The notes beneath the pieces are model-generated. The model was not told where the DNA came from. It ran no database searches and saw nothing but the letters and a program-made list of their open reading frames with translations. Of a stretch of DNA of 57,855 nt, positions 1 to 9,208 are shown one piece after another. The position numbers and the translations under genes were made by a program. This DNA is from Chlamydiota bacterium (GTDB taxonomy: Bacteria; Chlamydiota; Chlamydiia; Chlamydiales; Rhabdochlamydiaceae), in contig CANNLR010000001.1 of assembly GCA_947505635.1 (NCBI GenBank), positions 1 through 57,855 on the forward strand. The letters are read 5' to 3'. Position 1 is the stretch's first letter; the number at the start of each line of letters is the position of its first letter.

Positions 1-772
1 AAAAAGGCCCTGCTGGAGTGATTTTGGTTTCAACGGGAAGCCCTTGCTCTTTTAAAAATAAGACTAATTTTTCAGCTATTTGTTTTTGGTTTTCTGTAAG
101 ATAGAAAATAGCAGAACGATATTGCTCTCCAATGTCGGGTCCTTGTCGCATTTTTTGTGTGGGATCGTGGATTTCAAAGAACAGTTTTGCCATCTCTTTA
201 TAACTGATGATTTTTGGATTAAAAACAACTTCGACGGCTTCTGCGTGTCCTGTTAGGCCCGTACAGACTTCTTCATAGGTTGCATTTGTAACATGCCCCC
301 CTATATATCCAGCTTTTGTATATAAAACACCTTGTGGCTCTTTAAGTAGATGTTGAAGACCCCAAAAACACCCTCCTGCAAAAAGGGCTCTTTCATGCCC
401 CTCGGAGGTAAAGGCTGAGACAAAGGATAGGGAAAGGGAATTTACGCAGTGTCTAGTATTTGTAGCAGTGAAATGCTCCCCTGTAAAAACATGGCCAAGA
501 TGTCCATGACAGCGATTACATAGGATTTCTGTTCGATAGCCATCTTGGTCTGGAATCTTTTGCACATGATTTGAAATTTCTTCATCGAAACTCGGCCATC
601 CGCACTGTGAAGAGAATTTATTTTGAGAAAGATAGAGAGGATGATCACATTTTTTGCAGACAAAAACCCCTATTTTATGAAAGTCATTGTACAAGCCGCT
701 ATGGGGTTTTTCTGTCTGCTTATGGATAATAATTTCTTTTTCTTCAGAGGAAAGAGAGTGATATCGAAACAT
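1..772 (-). CDS. msrAB: Fused peptide-methionine sulfoxide reductase MsrB-MsrA (MsrB N-terminal, MsrA C-terminal); 3' end runs off the left edge of the window
   Basis: Not in the ORF track because there is no stop in the window. Hand translation of the minus strand from ATG at 772 gives [76 protein letters not shown] (MsrB CxxC and CGWPSF motifs). It continues in frame into ..[49 protein letters not shown] (MsrA GCFWG motif) and stays open to position 1. Confidence 0.85.
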   Translation of the reverse strand, partial: MFRYHSLSSEEKEIIIHKQTEKPHSGLYNDFHKIGVFVCKKCDHPLYLSQNKFSSQCGWPSFDEEISNHVQKIPDQDGYRTEILCNRCHGHLGHVFTGEHFTATNTRHCVNSLSLSFVSAFTSEGHERALFAGGCFWGLQHLLKEPQGVLYTKAGYIGGHVTNATYEEVCTGLTGHAEAVEVVFNPKIISYKEMAKLFFEIHDPTQKMRQGPDIGEQYRSAIFYLTENQKQIAEKLVLFLKEQGLPVETKITPAGPF

Positions 773-799
773 GTACTGTTCTTTAGCTAGAGTTTTGGG

Positions 800-1870
800 T
801 TAAGGAAAAAGGTCTGCTAAGGAATTTCCAACAGGAGTTTTTCTGATGGCAGTACCTAATAGAGGGGCTACAGAAATGGAGCGAATATTAGAAGGGGCGC
901 TTTCGCGCAGGGGGATGGTGTCTGCTATGACCATTTCCTCTATAATGGAATTTCCAATTTCCTCTAAGGTGTTATTTGAGAATACAGGATGTGTAACTAT
1001 GGCAAAGATCCTTCGAGCTCCTTGTTCGTGAAGTAGTTGCGCTGCTTTAATCAAAGTATCTGCCGTATAACAGATATCATCTACTAGGATCACATCTGCA
1101 TCTTGTACATTCCCTACTAAAGTAAGGGATTGAACTTTTCCGAATGCTCCGCGTTGTTTTGTAACAACGGCCATCTCGGTCGGGATACCATATGTTTCTA
1201 ATCCCTCTGCAAATTTTTTAGCCCTCTCTATATCCTCAATATCAGGAGAAACAACAACGACATTGGAAAGATCTTTTACTGCGAAGTAAGGAACAAATAA
1301 AGAAGCAGCATAGAGATTGTCAACAGGGGTATTGCGGAAAAATCCTTGAATTTGTCCTCCATGGAGGTCTAGGGTGGCAACGCGATCTACTCCAGCGACT
1401 TCTAAAAATAGAGCTATATCAGAGGTGGAGACGGGAGCTCTTTGATGGAGTCTCTTATCTTGGCGAGTATATCCATAATAGGGGATAATTGCTGTGATGC
1501 TGGCAGCAGAAGCTCTTTTCATTGTTCGGACAAGCAGATAGAGCTCCATTAGATTGTCATTGAGGTTTTGTCCTGAAGAGCTGCAGCTTGATTGTAGAAT
1601 AAGCACATTTTTACCTCGAATGCTATCTTCTTTGGGAAAACAGATTTCTGTGTCGTTGATTTTTTTTAAGATAACTGAGCCTAAAGTGGTGCCAAGATAG
1701 TTCGCTATTTTTTCTGCTAAGGGGAGATTGGTATTGCCGGAAAACAAAATTGTCTGGTGATCGAATGTATCTCCTTTTGAGGGAGAGTCAAAGCACTGGA
1801 AAGAATTAGCTATACAAAAGTTTGTAAAAAAAACTAAACTAATTACTAAGGTTGAGAATAGTTTGTTCAT
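800..1870 (-). CDS. prs: Ribose-phosphate pyrophosphokinase (PRPP synthetase) with an unusual N-terminal signal-peptide-like extension
   Basis: Prs-typical blocks: ILFSGNTNLPLAEKIANYLG, NDNLMELYLLVRTMKRASAASITAIIPYYGYTRQDKR, DLHGGQIQGFF, VILVDDICYTADTL. I prefer the start at ATG 1870 (MNKLFSTLVISLVFF..) because a GGAG lies 5 nt upstream. The track start 1912 is further upstream. Confidence 0.9.
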   Translation of the reverse strand: MNKLFSTLVISLVFFTNFCIANSFQCFDSPSKGDTFDHQTILFSGNTNLPLAEKIANYLGTTLGSVILKKINDTEICFPKEDSIRGKNVLILQSSCSSSGQNLNDNLMELYLLVRTMKRASAASITAIIPYYGYTRQDKRLHQRAPVSTSDIALFLEVAGVDRVATLDLHGGQIQGFFRNTPVDNLYAASLFVPYFAVKDLSNVVVVSPDIEDIERAKKFAEGLETYGIPTEMAVVTKQRGAFGKVQSLTLVGNVQDADVILVDDICYTADTLIKAAQLLHEQGARRIFAIVTHPVFSNNTLEEIGNSIIEEMVIADTIPLRESAPSNIRSISVAPLLGTAIRKTPVGNSLADLFP

Positions 1871-2028
1871 GTTTCTCCATTTTTTTACATAAAATAACAG
1901 TAATGTCATCATGCTTTTTTTTACACGTTTTGTTATTAAATTAATATAGTATAGTTAATGTTTTTTTAGAGAGAATGAATGAAGAAAGATTATCAATCAA
2001 TAAAAATTTCTGTTACACAGGAGGGAAG

Positions 2029-2355
2029 ATGAAGAAAATGTTTAGCCTATTGGGTTTGGCTTTTATTTTTTTTATATTTGTAGGATATTCTGACCTAGAA
2101 TCGTTTAGTAAAAATTCGATAAAGGAGTTGGATAATCAGATAGAATCTTTAGAAATTATGAGAAAACAGTATCAAAAGAATATCAAAGAACATCTGAACC
2201 TAGCTCATAGATGGCAAAAAAATGAAGATTTAGCTTTAGAATCTAGAAGAGAATATGCTTTGGCTGAACATCAAAAAGATAAGATGCATATTGTAGAAAA
2301 AAAAATAGAAAGATTAAAAAAAGAAAAGATGTCAAAGGAAAGTCAGGAAAAATAA
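2029..2355 (+). CDS. Hypothetical membrane-anchored/secreted coiled-coil protein
   Basis: ORF 1975..2355. The internal ATG at 2029 is preceded by GGAGGGAAG (strong SD). The product MKKMFSLLGLAFIFFIFVGYS has a hydrophobic N-terminus followed by a charged heptad-like region. No recognisable family. Confidence 0.5.
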   Translation: MKKMFSLLGLAFIFFIFVGYSDLESFSKNSIKELDNQIESLEIMRKQYQKNIKEHLNLAHRWQKNEDLALESRREYALAEHQKDKMHIVEKKIERLKKEKMSKESQEK

Positions 2356-3236
2356 GAGAGGAAGACTTTACTGCTTTTGCGCAGATGAGCTCCACGTAAA
2401 AAGATAGCGCTGATTCTGTATTGATGTCTTTCTATTCCGAAATCACAAGGCTCCAAAAGGTTTTTGTATTTTATTCCGATATAATCAGGTAGGTAACCAA
2501 CCCCTAAGCCTTCTTCTACAAGACTGGCTACAAGCTCCCAATTGCTGACTTCTAGGATGGTAGTGAGTTTTTTTTCGTATTTCTTGTAATAGGATTCGCT
2601 CAAAAGGGAGGTTTCTTTGTGATGAGAGGGAGTTAAGATAAATCCTAGTTTCTTTTGATCAGATCGTTTGATTTTATTAGAAGCATATAGATGAAAACTT
2701 CCTGAGTAGATGGTTTGCTTTTCAAACTTAGAAAGATCTTCTTCATAAAATTGACATTGTTCATTTTGACAAATTTCTAAGGGTAGAATTCCAAAATCCA
2801 CAGCTCCAGTTTTTACTTGTTCTATAATAATGGGGCTTTCTCCTAAGTAGAAATTCACCTTAGCATTGAGGTGTTCTTGCTGAAACCTTTTAATATAAGG
2901 GGGGATGACGGCTAGAGCAAAACTAGGAGTGCAGGCAAATTCTAATGTTTCTGTGAGAATAGATTGATCTTGTAAGAGGGTGTGATGAAATTGTTTAATA
3001 CTTTCTAAAACTTTTAAAGCCTCTTGAAAAGCCATCTCTCCTTGAGGGGTAAGTTGTAACTTATTAGGGTGGTGGATAAGAAGAGAGGTGTTTAAAGTTT
3101 TTTCTAGCTTTGAAATGCCCTGGCTAATAGCAGATTGCGTAACAAAATTTGCTTTTGCCGCTGCAGAAAGACCCCCTAATCGAATAGAGTCGCAAAAATA
3201 CTTTAGAGTGGTAAGGCTTAAAAGTTCTTGTTTCAT
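2343..3236 (-). CDS. LysR-family transcriptional regulator
   Basis: N-terminal HTH typical of LysR (LKYFCDSIRLGGLSAAAKANFVTQSAISQGISKLEKTL), about 300 aa, divergent from the adjacent transporter operon. Confidence 0.85.
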   Translation of the reverse strand: MKQELLSLTTLKYFCDSIRLGGLSAAAKANFVTQSAISQGISKLEKTLNTSLLIHHPNKLQLTPQGEMAFQEALKVLESIKQFHHTLLQDQSILTETLEFACTPSFALAVIPPYIKRFQQEHLNAKVNFYLGESPIIIEQVKTGAVDFGILPLEICQNEQCQFYEEDLSKFEKQTIYSGSFHLYASNKIKRSDQKKLGFILTPSHHKETSLLSESYYKKYEKKLTTILEVSNWELVASLVEEGLGVGYLPDYIGIKYKNLLEPCDFGIERHQYRISAIFLRGAHLRKSSKVFLSYFS

Positions 3237-3336
3237 ATATCATTAGAATATCTTAATCTAAGGTTAAAATCTATTCATTTTTCTAAATCTCCGATTTAGG
3301 GTAACCTAGTATTACCTAAAAAGTTTAAGGGATACG

Positions 3337-4707
3337 ATGAGTTTTGCTTTACGTTTTTTAAAATCCGCCCCAATCACGCCAGAGATAACTGATTTAGAGC
3401 ATGTTAAGGTTAAATACAAGCATTGGCGTGTTCGTATCTTATATTCAATGTTCTTGGGGTATGTCTTTTATTATTTTACTCGTAAAAGTTTTGCTTTTGC
3501 TATGCCTGCTATTATGGTTGAGCTTAATTTAGATAAAGGGGATTTAGGCTTAATAGGAACCATCTTCTCTTTAACCTACGGAATTAGTAAATTTTTTAGT
3601 GGGGTTCTTTCAGATCAGGCCAATCCTCGATATTTTATGGCTTTAGGTCTCATTTTAACGGGTATTTTTAATATTTTATTTGGTTTTTCCTCGTCCTTAT
3701 TCTTATTTACTGTGTTTTGGGGATTAAATGCTTGGTTTCAAGGGTTCGGATGGCCTCCTTGTGTTAAGCTGCTCTCTTATTGGTATTCTCATTCAGAACG
3801 AGGTTCTTGGTGGTCTATATGGGCCCTTTCTCAAAACGTGGGTAGCATTTTAGCTGTTGGAATTGTAACATTTTGTTTAGTTCAATTCGGTTGGCGCTGG
3901 GCTATGTTTATCCCGGGCGTATTGTCTATTATGGGTGGATTATTTTTACTTAATCGATTATCAGATATCCCTCAAACCCTAGGGCTTCCTCCTATAGAAA
4001 AGTTTCGTAATGATTACGCAGACACTAAAAAAACAGAAGAACATCAAGAGAAGCTTTCCAGTAAACAGCTAGTTTCTAGTGTTCTAAAAAATAAATATAT
4101 TTGGCTATTAGCTGTTGCTTATTTTTTTGTTTATTTCATTCGGACCGGGATAGGCGACTGGACGACACTTTTTATGATGGAATCTAAGGGATATAGTCAA
4201 GTGGGAGCTAGCGGAATAGCTTCTCTTTTTGATATAGGGGGCTTTTTAGGAGGTTTTTCAGCAGGTTGGCTGTCAGACCGTGCTTTTAGAGCTAAAAGAG
4301 GGCCTGTAAATGCCTTATTTGCCCTTTTGCTTTTTGTTTCTGTTGGAAGTGTGTGGTTTATTCCCGGAGGACATGCTTGGATGGATTCTTGTATGGTATT
4401 TATGATCGGTTTTGCAACGTTTGGACCTCAGATGCTTATTGGGGTTGCTGTTGCTGAATTTGCGCATAAACAGGCTTCTGCAACGGCTACAGGTCTGGCT
4501 AGTTGGATTGCTTACCTAGGATCTGCTTTAGCAGGATATCCTTTGGGAAAAGTATTAGATTGTTTGAGTTGGGAAGGTTTTTTTATTTGTATGGAAATTT
4601 CGGCTTTATGTTCAGTTCTGCTCTTACTGCCTCTTTGGAATACAACTAAAGAAAGTGTTCTTTCCAGAGTTAAGAAAACTCTTAAAGAAGAAGAGGTGGC
4701 TACGTGA
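3337..4707 (+). CDS. uhpC: Hexose-phosphate / organophosphate:Pi antiporter (MFS, UhpC/GlpT family)
   Basis: 456 aa with about 12 TM segments. N-terminal WRVRILYSMFLGYVFYYFTRKSF and GLIGTIFSLTYGISKFFSGVLSD are typical of the UhpC/UhpT/GlpT OPA family, which is known in Chlamydiae as the glucose-6-phosphate importer. Confidence 0.85.
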   Translation: MSFALRFLKSAPITPEITDLEHVKVKYKHWRVRILYSMFLGYVFYYFTRKSFAFAMPAIMVELNLDKGDLGLIGTIFSLTYGISKFFSGVLSDQANPRYFMALGLILTGIFNILFGFSSSLFLFTVFWGLNAWFQGFGWPPCVKLLSYWYSHSERGSWWSIWALSQNVGSILAVGIVTFCLVQFGWRWAMFIPGVLSIMGGLFLLNRLSDIPQTLGLPPIEKFRNDYADTKKTEEHQEKLSSKQLVSSVLKNKYIWLLAVAYFFVYFIRTGIGDWTTLFMMESKGYSQVGASGIASLFDIGGFLGGFSAGWLSDRAFRAKRGPVNALFALLLFVSVGSVWFIPGGHAWMDSCMVFMIGFATFGPQMLIGVAVAEFAHKQASATATGLASWIAYLGSALAGYPLGKVLDCLSWEGFFICMEISALCSVLLLLPLWNTTKESVLSRVKKTLKEEEVAT

Positions 4708-5909
4708 TCCCTTGTGATATAAAAAAAACAATTTCTTTGAGCAAGCTTTGTACAGGGATCTCTATGGTATTTGGCACTACTGTTGGGGCTGGAATGCTAG
4801 GGATACCCTCTTTAATGGCTGGGGTAAATTTTGGGTCTGCTTGTTATGTAACGGCCCTTGTATGGGTTTTTATGGCGGTTACAGGCCTTTTACTGTTAGA
4901 GGTGACTCTTAAAATGCCGGCAGGAGCCAATTTAATTTCTCTTTCAGGAAGGTTCCTCGGACGTAAAGGAAAATGGATTGCAGGAATTTTATTTTTATTC
5001 CTCTATTATTGCCTTCTTGTCGCTTATTTTGCTGGGGGAGCTCCTCTTTTAGGTCAGGTGGTCTCTTTGTTAGGAATTACTCTTGCACCTTCTTTAGCAA
5101 AAATCCTTTTCCTTCTTTTATTTGGGGGGGTCATTTTATTAGGGGTGCGATTCATTAGCAAAGTGAATTTTTTATTGGCTATTGGAATGTTTATTTCCTA
5201 TGCGATTTTAATCACTTTAGGGAGTGCTAATATACAAATGGAAGCGCTTTCTTCTTGGAAGTTTTCTTTTGCAACAGCTGCAATCCCTGTATTATTTAGC
5301 GCTTTTGGATTTCACAACATTGTCCCTTCCTTAACAAATTACCTGGATAAAGAGAAGAAGACCTTACAGATATCGATTGTTGGGGGAACTTTTTTAGCGT
5401 TTGTTTTTTATCTTGTATGGATTGGTTTGGTTTTAGGGGCTGTTCCCATTTCAGCTTTAGAAGAAGCAAGGACTCTTGGGGTTCCAGTTACCTATGCTTT
5501 ACAAGCAGCCTCAGGAGGACAGTCGCTCTATATATGGGGACAAGTATTTGCTTTTTTTGCTTTAACTACTTCTTTTTTAGGGGTAAGTTTTTCTTTTGTT
5601 GATTTCATTCGAGATGGATTTAAGGAAAATAAAAAGAGAGTTAGTCGGTTTATATGTTGTTTGTGTACTCTTATTCCTCCCTTTGTGTGTGTATTATTAA
5701 AGCCCTCTCTTTTTGAAGAAGCTCTTGGTGTTGCGGGTGGTTTTGGAGAATCCATTTTAAATGGACTATTACCGGTGGCTCTTTTTGTAAAGATGCGGCA
5801 ATCCTTACAAAAACCTAATTCCTATAGTCTGAAGGCCCTTCTTATATTTTTGGTTGTATTTAGCCTTTTTGTGATCGGTGTTGAAGGTTACGAACTACTG
5901 TCTTATTAA
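4704..5909 (+). CDS. tyrP: Aromatic amino acid permease (TyrP/Mtr/TnaB, HAAAP family)
   Basis: FGTTVGAGMLGIP motif near the N-terminus and about 11 TM segments. The GTG start overlaps the uhpC stop (GTGA). Confidence 0.8.
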   Translation: MIPCDIKKTISLSKLCTGISMVFGTTVGAGMLGIPSLMAGVNFGSACYVTALVWVFMAVTGLLLLEVTLKMPAGANLISLSGRFLGRKGKWIAGILFLFLYYCLLVAYFAGGAPLLGQVVSLLGITLAPSLAKILFLLLFGGVILLGVRFISKVNFLLAIGMFISYAILITLGSANIQMEALSSWKFSFATAAIPVLFSAFGFHNIVPSLTNYLDKEKKTLQISIVGGTFLAFVFYLVWIGLVLGAVPISALEEARTLGVPVTYALQAASGGQSLYIWGQVFAFFALTTSFLGVSFSFVDFIRDGFKENKKRVSRFICCLCTLIPPFVCVLLKPSLFEEALGVAGGFGESILNGLLPVALFVKMRQSLQKPNSYSLKALLIFLVVFSLFVIGVEGYELLSY

Positions 5910-5933
5910 TTTTTTTAGGTATAGATTTTTTAT

Positions 5934-6908
5934 ATGATGCACTTTCTTCCGCTCCTTGAAAATGGAGAAGATAAAACTTCTCCCTTGAAAAATAGAATCA
6001 GAAAAAATTATCAACACTTGCGGAAGTGGGCGAAGAAAACAGAGACAAATGCTTTTCGCATCTATGATAAAGACATTAAAGAATATCCTGTTGCGATAGA
6101 TTTTTATGATGGGCGCTTTTCTGTTCATTACTTTGCAGGTTCTCGAGAAGAAGAAGAACCTAAAGAAGAGCTTTATCATTTGGTAATGGATACGCTTAAG
6201 TCCCTTTTTAATGTGAAAGAAGAAGATGTCTATTGGAGAACAAGGATTAAAAGAGAAGAAAAAGAACAGTATTCTAAAGCAGAAGATTCGCAAGAGTTTT
6301 TTGCAGTATTAGAGCATGGTGTTAAGTTTAAAGTGAACTTAAGAGACTACTTAGATACCGGGCTTTTTTTAGATCATAGAGAGACAAGACAACTCGTAGC
6401 TAAAGAATCTGAAGGGAAAAGTCTACTAAATCTTTTTGCCTATACAGGTGCTTTTAGTGTGCAAGCGGCAGTAGCTGGAGCTACTTCCACCAAAACTGTA
6501 GATATGTCAAATACCTATCTTGAGTGGGCCTACGATAATTTCTTACTGAATAACCTGCCCTTAGAAAGTAATACCCTTGTTCGTGAAGATTGCCTAAAGT
6601 TTTTAGAAAGTGAATCTCACTCCAAGAATAGATATGATGTAATTGTCATAGACCCCCCAACGATTTCCCGTTCTAAAAAAATGGATCAATTTTTCGATAT
6701 TCAAATCGATTACATCTTTCTTCTTTCTTCAGCTCTTCAGCTTTTAAAAGAAAATGGGGTGATCTTTTTTAGTACAAACTCTCGTAAATTCACCTTTGAT
6801 GTAACACAGTTTCCCAACTGCTCCATCATGGATATCTCTAAAAAAACCATCCCTATGGACTTTCATAGTGCAAAAATTCATAGATGTTGGAAAATATCTG
6901 TTTGTTGA
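5934..6908 (+). CDS. Class I SAM-dependent rRNA methyltransferase, RlmK-like (C-terminal half of E. coli RlmKL)
   Basis: LKNRIRKNYQHLRKWAKKTETNAFRIYDKDIKEYPVAIDFY, LLNLFAYTGAFSVQAAVAGATSTKTVDMSNTYLEWA, DVIVIDPPTISRSKKM (DPPTF-type motif). Confidence 0.75.
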   Translation: MMHFLPLLENGEDKTSPLKNRIRKNYQHLRKWAKKTETNAFRIYDKDIKEYPVAIDFYDGRFSVHYFAGSREEEEPKEELYHLVMDTLKSLFNVKEEDVYWRTRIKREEKEQYSKAEDSQEFFAVLEHGVKFKVNLRDYLDTGLFLDHRETRQLVAKESEGKSLLNLFAYTGAFSVQAAVAGATSTKTVDMSNTYLEWAYDNFLLNNLPLESNTLVREDCLKFLESESHSKNRYDVIVIDPPTISRSKKMDQFFDIQIDYIFLLSSALQLLKENGVIFFSTNSRKFTFDVTQFPNCSIMDISKKTIPMDFHSAKIHRCWKISVC

Positions 6909-7660
6909 AGAAGCTCTTTAACTCTAGGAATCCTTTGGGAAATATCAATATTTTGACCTTGAATGTTATAAGAAAAAACATAAGTGCAATTTTCTTTTTC
7001 TATCCAACCTACAAACCAGCCAAGTATTCCTTCTTTTCCTTTACCTGTTCCTGTTTTTCCAAACAGTTTCCATCCACTCTGTAATTCTTCTTTAAACAAA
7101 AGTACTTTTGTCCTTTGAATGGCATTTTGGGAAATAGGAAGTTTTTCGTTAATCATTTTCTGGATAAAATCAACCTGTTCTTTTTGAGAAATTTCTAAAG
7201 AAGAATTTATCCATGCAGGATTTGTTGAGCCAAGTTTTTCTAATCCTCCAGATAGGTCTTGATTCCCATATTCTAATAGGGCTAAATAGCTTTGAATTTT
7301 TTCTAATCCTAATTCGTAAGCTAGTAGCTTAGAATACCAGACGCAGGACTCTTTCATCCAAGATGTTGGATTTTGAGGAGCCCTCCATGATTCCAGGTAG
7401 GTATCGTAGCCTTCTTGAAAAGCCCAATTTGGGTTTTTTTCATCTTTTAAAATTTCTGCATCATATCCCATCAAACTTAATACGATTTTAAAAGTAGAAC
7501 AAGGACTAGCCCGTTCATGGGTAGAAGTTCCTATTTCACATACTATTTCTTTCGATGAGCCATCAATAAGAAGGAAGCTTTCCTCTGCTGTCAAAGGGCT
7601 TGTTGAGATATAAGCGAAGGATAGGATTAAGATTGAAAATATATAGCTTAGCATTAGCAA
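6878..7660 (-). CDS. Class D (OXA-type) beta-lactamase / BlaR1-sensor-fold penicillin-binding protein, secreted
   Basis: All class D signature motifs are present in order: STFK, SCV (SxV), YGN (LEYGNQD), KTG (FGKTGTG), WFVGW. There is an N-terminal hydrophobic signal sequence. The 3' end overlaps the convergent methyltransferase gene by 31 nt. Confidence 0.8.
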   Translation of the reverse strand: MLMLSYIFSILILSFAYISTSPLTAEESFLLIDGSSKEIVCEIGTSTHERASPCSTFKIVLSLMGYDAEILKDEKNPNWAFQEGYDTYLESWRAPQNPTSWMKESCVWYSKLLAYELGLEKIQSYLALLEYGNQDLSGGLEKLGSTNPAWINSSLEISQKEQVDFIQKMINEKLPISQNAIQRTKVLLFKEELQSGWKLFGKTGTGKGKEGILGWFVGWIEKENCTYVFSYNIQGQNIDISQRIPRVKELLQQTDIFQHL

Positions 7661-7719
7661 TTCCTAGTTAAGTATGAAGGGTTAATCTTGTTTATTTTAA
7701 GGGGCTTTAGGGTAACAAT

Positions 7720-9174
7720 CTAAAATTGTTCGTCTAATAACTGACCAAAATCGATTATTTTATCAAAATATCTCTCATCTAAAACACTTTCTTCTACTCC
7801 ATTTACATGAATGAGCACAGGTCGGATAGAGCAGTTTTTGGGGATTTTCAAACTCTTTCTTTTTTTTTCCATTTCTTCGATAATTTTATAGCCAACTAAG
7901 TTCTTGGAGAACTTGATCTCACATACATATAGATTAAGGAAGCGAGTTTGAATCATGTAGTCAATTTGACACCCAGCTTGCTTGGTTGTAGAATTCTGAA
8001 AAAATGGACCTTCCATTATTATTTCTTGTGGAGAGATTCCTAACATTTTCCAAAGAGTTTTTCTGTTATGGACAACAAGATTCTCGAACTGCAATCCCAT
8101 TATGCCTTCCCACCCTGGAAGCTGAGTCATTAAAGTGGAAAAGTTTTCTTTTTCGATGTTAGAACGATTAGGAGCTATATATTTTAAATAAAAACGCAAA
8201 TAATTATCACTTAAACGAAAACGGCTTAGTTTCCCTTCTTTTCCATTTTTCAGATCCCAGGTAAAGTCTCTTTTTACAAAGCCTGCCTTTACCAATTCAT
8301 CTAGATGGTTACTGAAGACTCCTCCTAAGCTTTTTCCTAATTCATTACAAATTTGGATAAGCTCTTTTGGTCCATTAGCAAGACAAAGGACAATTTCTTT
8401 ATGTCTAGCTTTAGTACGAGAAAAAAGATCCGAGAAGATTTCATCAAACTCTCGCACAAGCAAACCTCCTTTAGTAAAGCAAAGTTCTTGAATATTTTGT
8501 TCTGAAGGAAGATTTGGTTTGAGTTGTTCCAGATAGAGGGGAACGCCTCCGGTCACAGATAAAAGCTTGAATTTTTCATAAGAGGTAATGCGCTTTTCTT
8601 TTGGATGCCAAAAAGCATTACAAACCTCTAGAGGAAGTTCTTCAAGTGTAAGATCGAGAGTAATTCTTCCTAGAAATCCTGTATTGCTGAGGATGTTTTT
8701 TTCAATCCATGAAGATACGGATCCGCAAAGTGCAATAATTAAGTTTGGATTCTTGCTAAAATACATATCCCAAGCAGTTTTTAAGTGGCCTAAGAAATGA
8801 GGATCTTTTCCTCCCATCCATGAGATCTCATCGAATACAATAAGGATTTGACCTTTTGTAACTTCCTTGGAAAGGTGCCAGAAGAGATTACTCCAGTCAT
8901 CGGGACTGATCCCAGGAATACCAGTTCTCTCTAGCTGGCGTGCAAAGTCATTACGCTGAGTTTGGGCTGTTGTCTTGGGAGCCGGGGGATTTCCAGAAAA
9001 GAAGTAACTTTTCATTTCTTTTCCAAATTCTGCAAGAAGTCTGCTTTTTCCAATACGTCTTCTACCTCTAACAACAATAAGACTGGCACTTTTTTTATCT
9101 AAAAGTCCTTTAAGTCTAAGCAACTCTGCTTTACGTCCTATAAACTGGGCTGGTTTCACTAGGTTCTCCTGCAT
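7720..9174 (-). CDS. P-loop ATPase (archaeal-type ATPase domain) fused to a C-terminal DUF234/PD-(D/E)xK-like module
   Basis: Walker A VVRGRRRIGKSRLL, Walker B ILIVFDEISW, winged-helix-like middle region, C-terminal IDYMIQT..LYVCEIKFSK (D..ExK). I prefer ATG 9174 (MQENLVKPAQFIGR). The track start 9261 is a TTG lying inside a hairpin repeat. Confidence 0.75.
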   Translation of the reverse strand: MQENLVKPAQFIGRKAELLRLKGLLDKKSASLIVVRGRRRIGKSRLLAEFGKEMKSYFFSGNPPAPKTTAQTQRNDFARQLERTGIPGISPDDWSNLFWHLSKEVTKGQILIVFDEISWMGGKDPHFLGHLKTAWDMYFSKNPNLIIALCGSVSSWIEKNILSNTGFLGRITLDLTLEELPLEVCNAFWHPKEKRITSYEKFKLLSVTGGVPLYLEQLKPNLPSEQNIQELCFTKGGLLVREFDEIFSDLFSRTKARHKEIVLCLANGPKELIQICNELGKSLGGVFSNHLDELVKAGFVKRDFTWDLKNGKEGKLSRFRLSDNYLRFYLKYIAPNRSNIEKENFSTLMTQLPGWEGIMGLQFENLVVHNRKTLWKMLGISPQEIIMEGPFFQNSTTKQAGCQIDYMIQTRFLNLYVCEIKFSKNLVGYKIIEEMEKKRKSLKIPKNCSIRPVLIHVNGVEESVLDERYFDKIIDFGQLLDEQF

Positions 9175-9208
9175 TTTATTCCATGAGTATACTGTTTTTT
9201 TGATGAAT

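Noticed and set aside
442-663. 73-aa minus-strand ORF in the track
   Set aside because: It is an alternative frame inside the msrB-msrA fusion gene. The msrBA frame carries the CGWPSF and GCFWG motifs, while this frame has no motif.
5895-6293. 132-aa minus-strand ORF rich in F/I/K
   Set aside because: It is antisense to the well-supported RlmK-like methyltransferase gene. It is a typical shadow ORF of AT-rich coding DNA.
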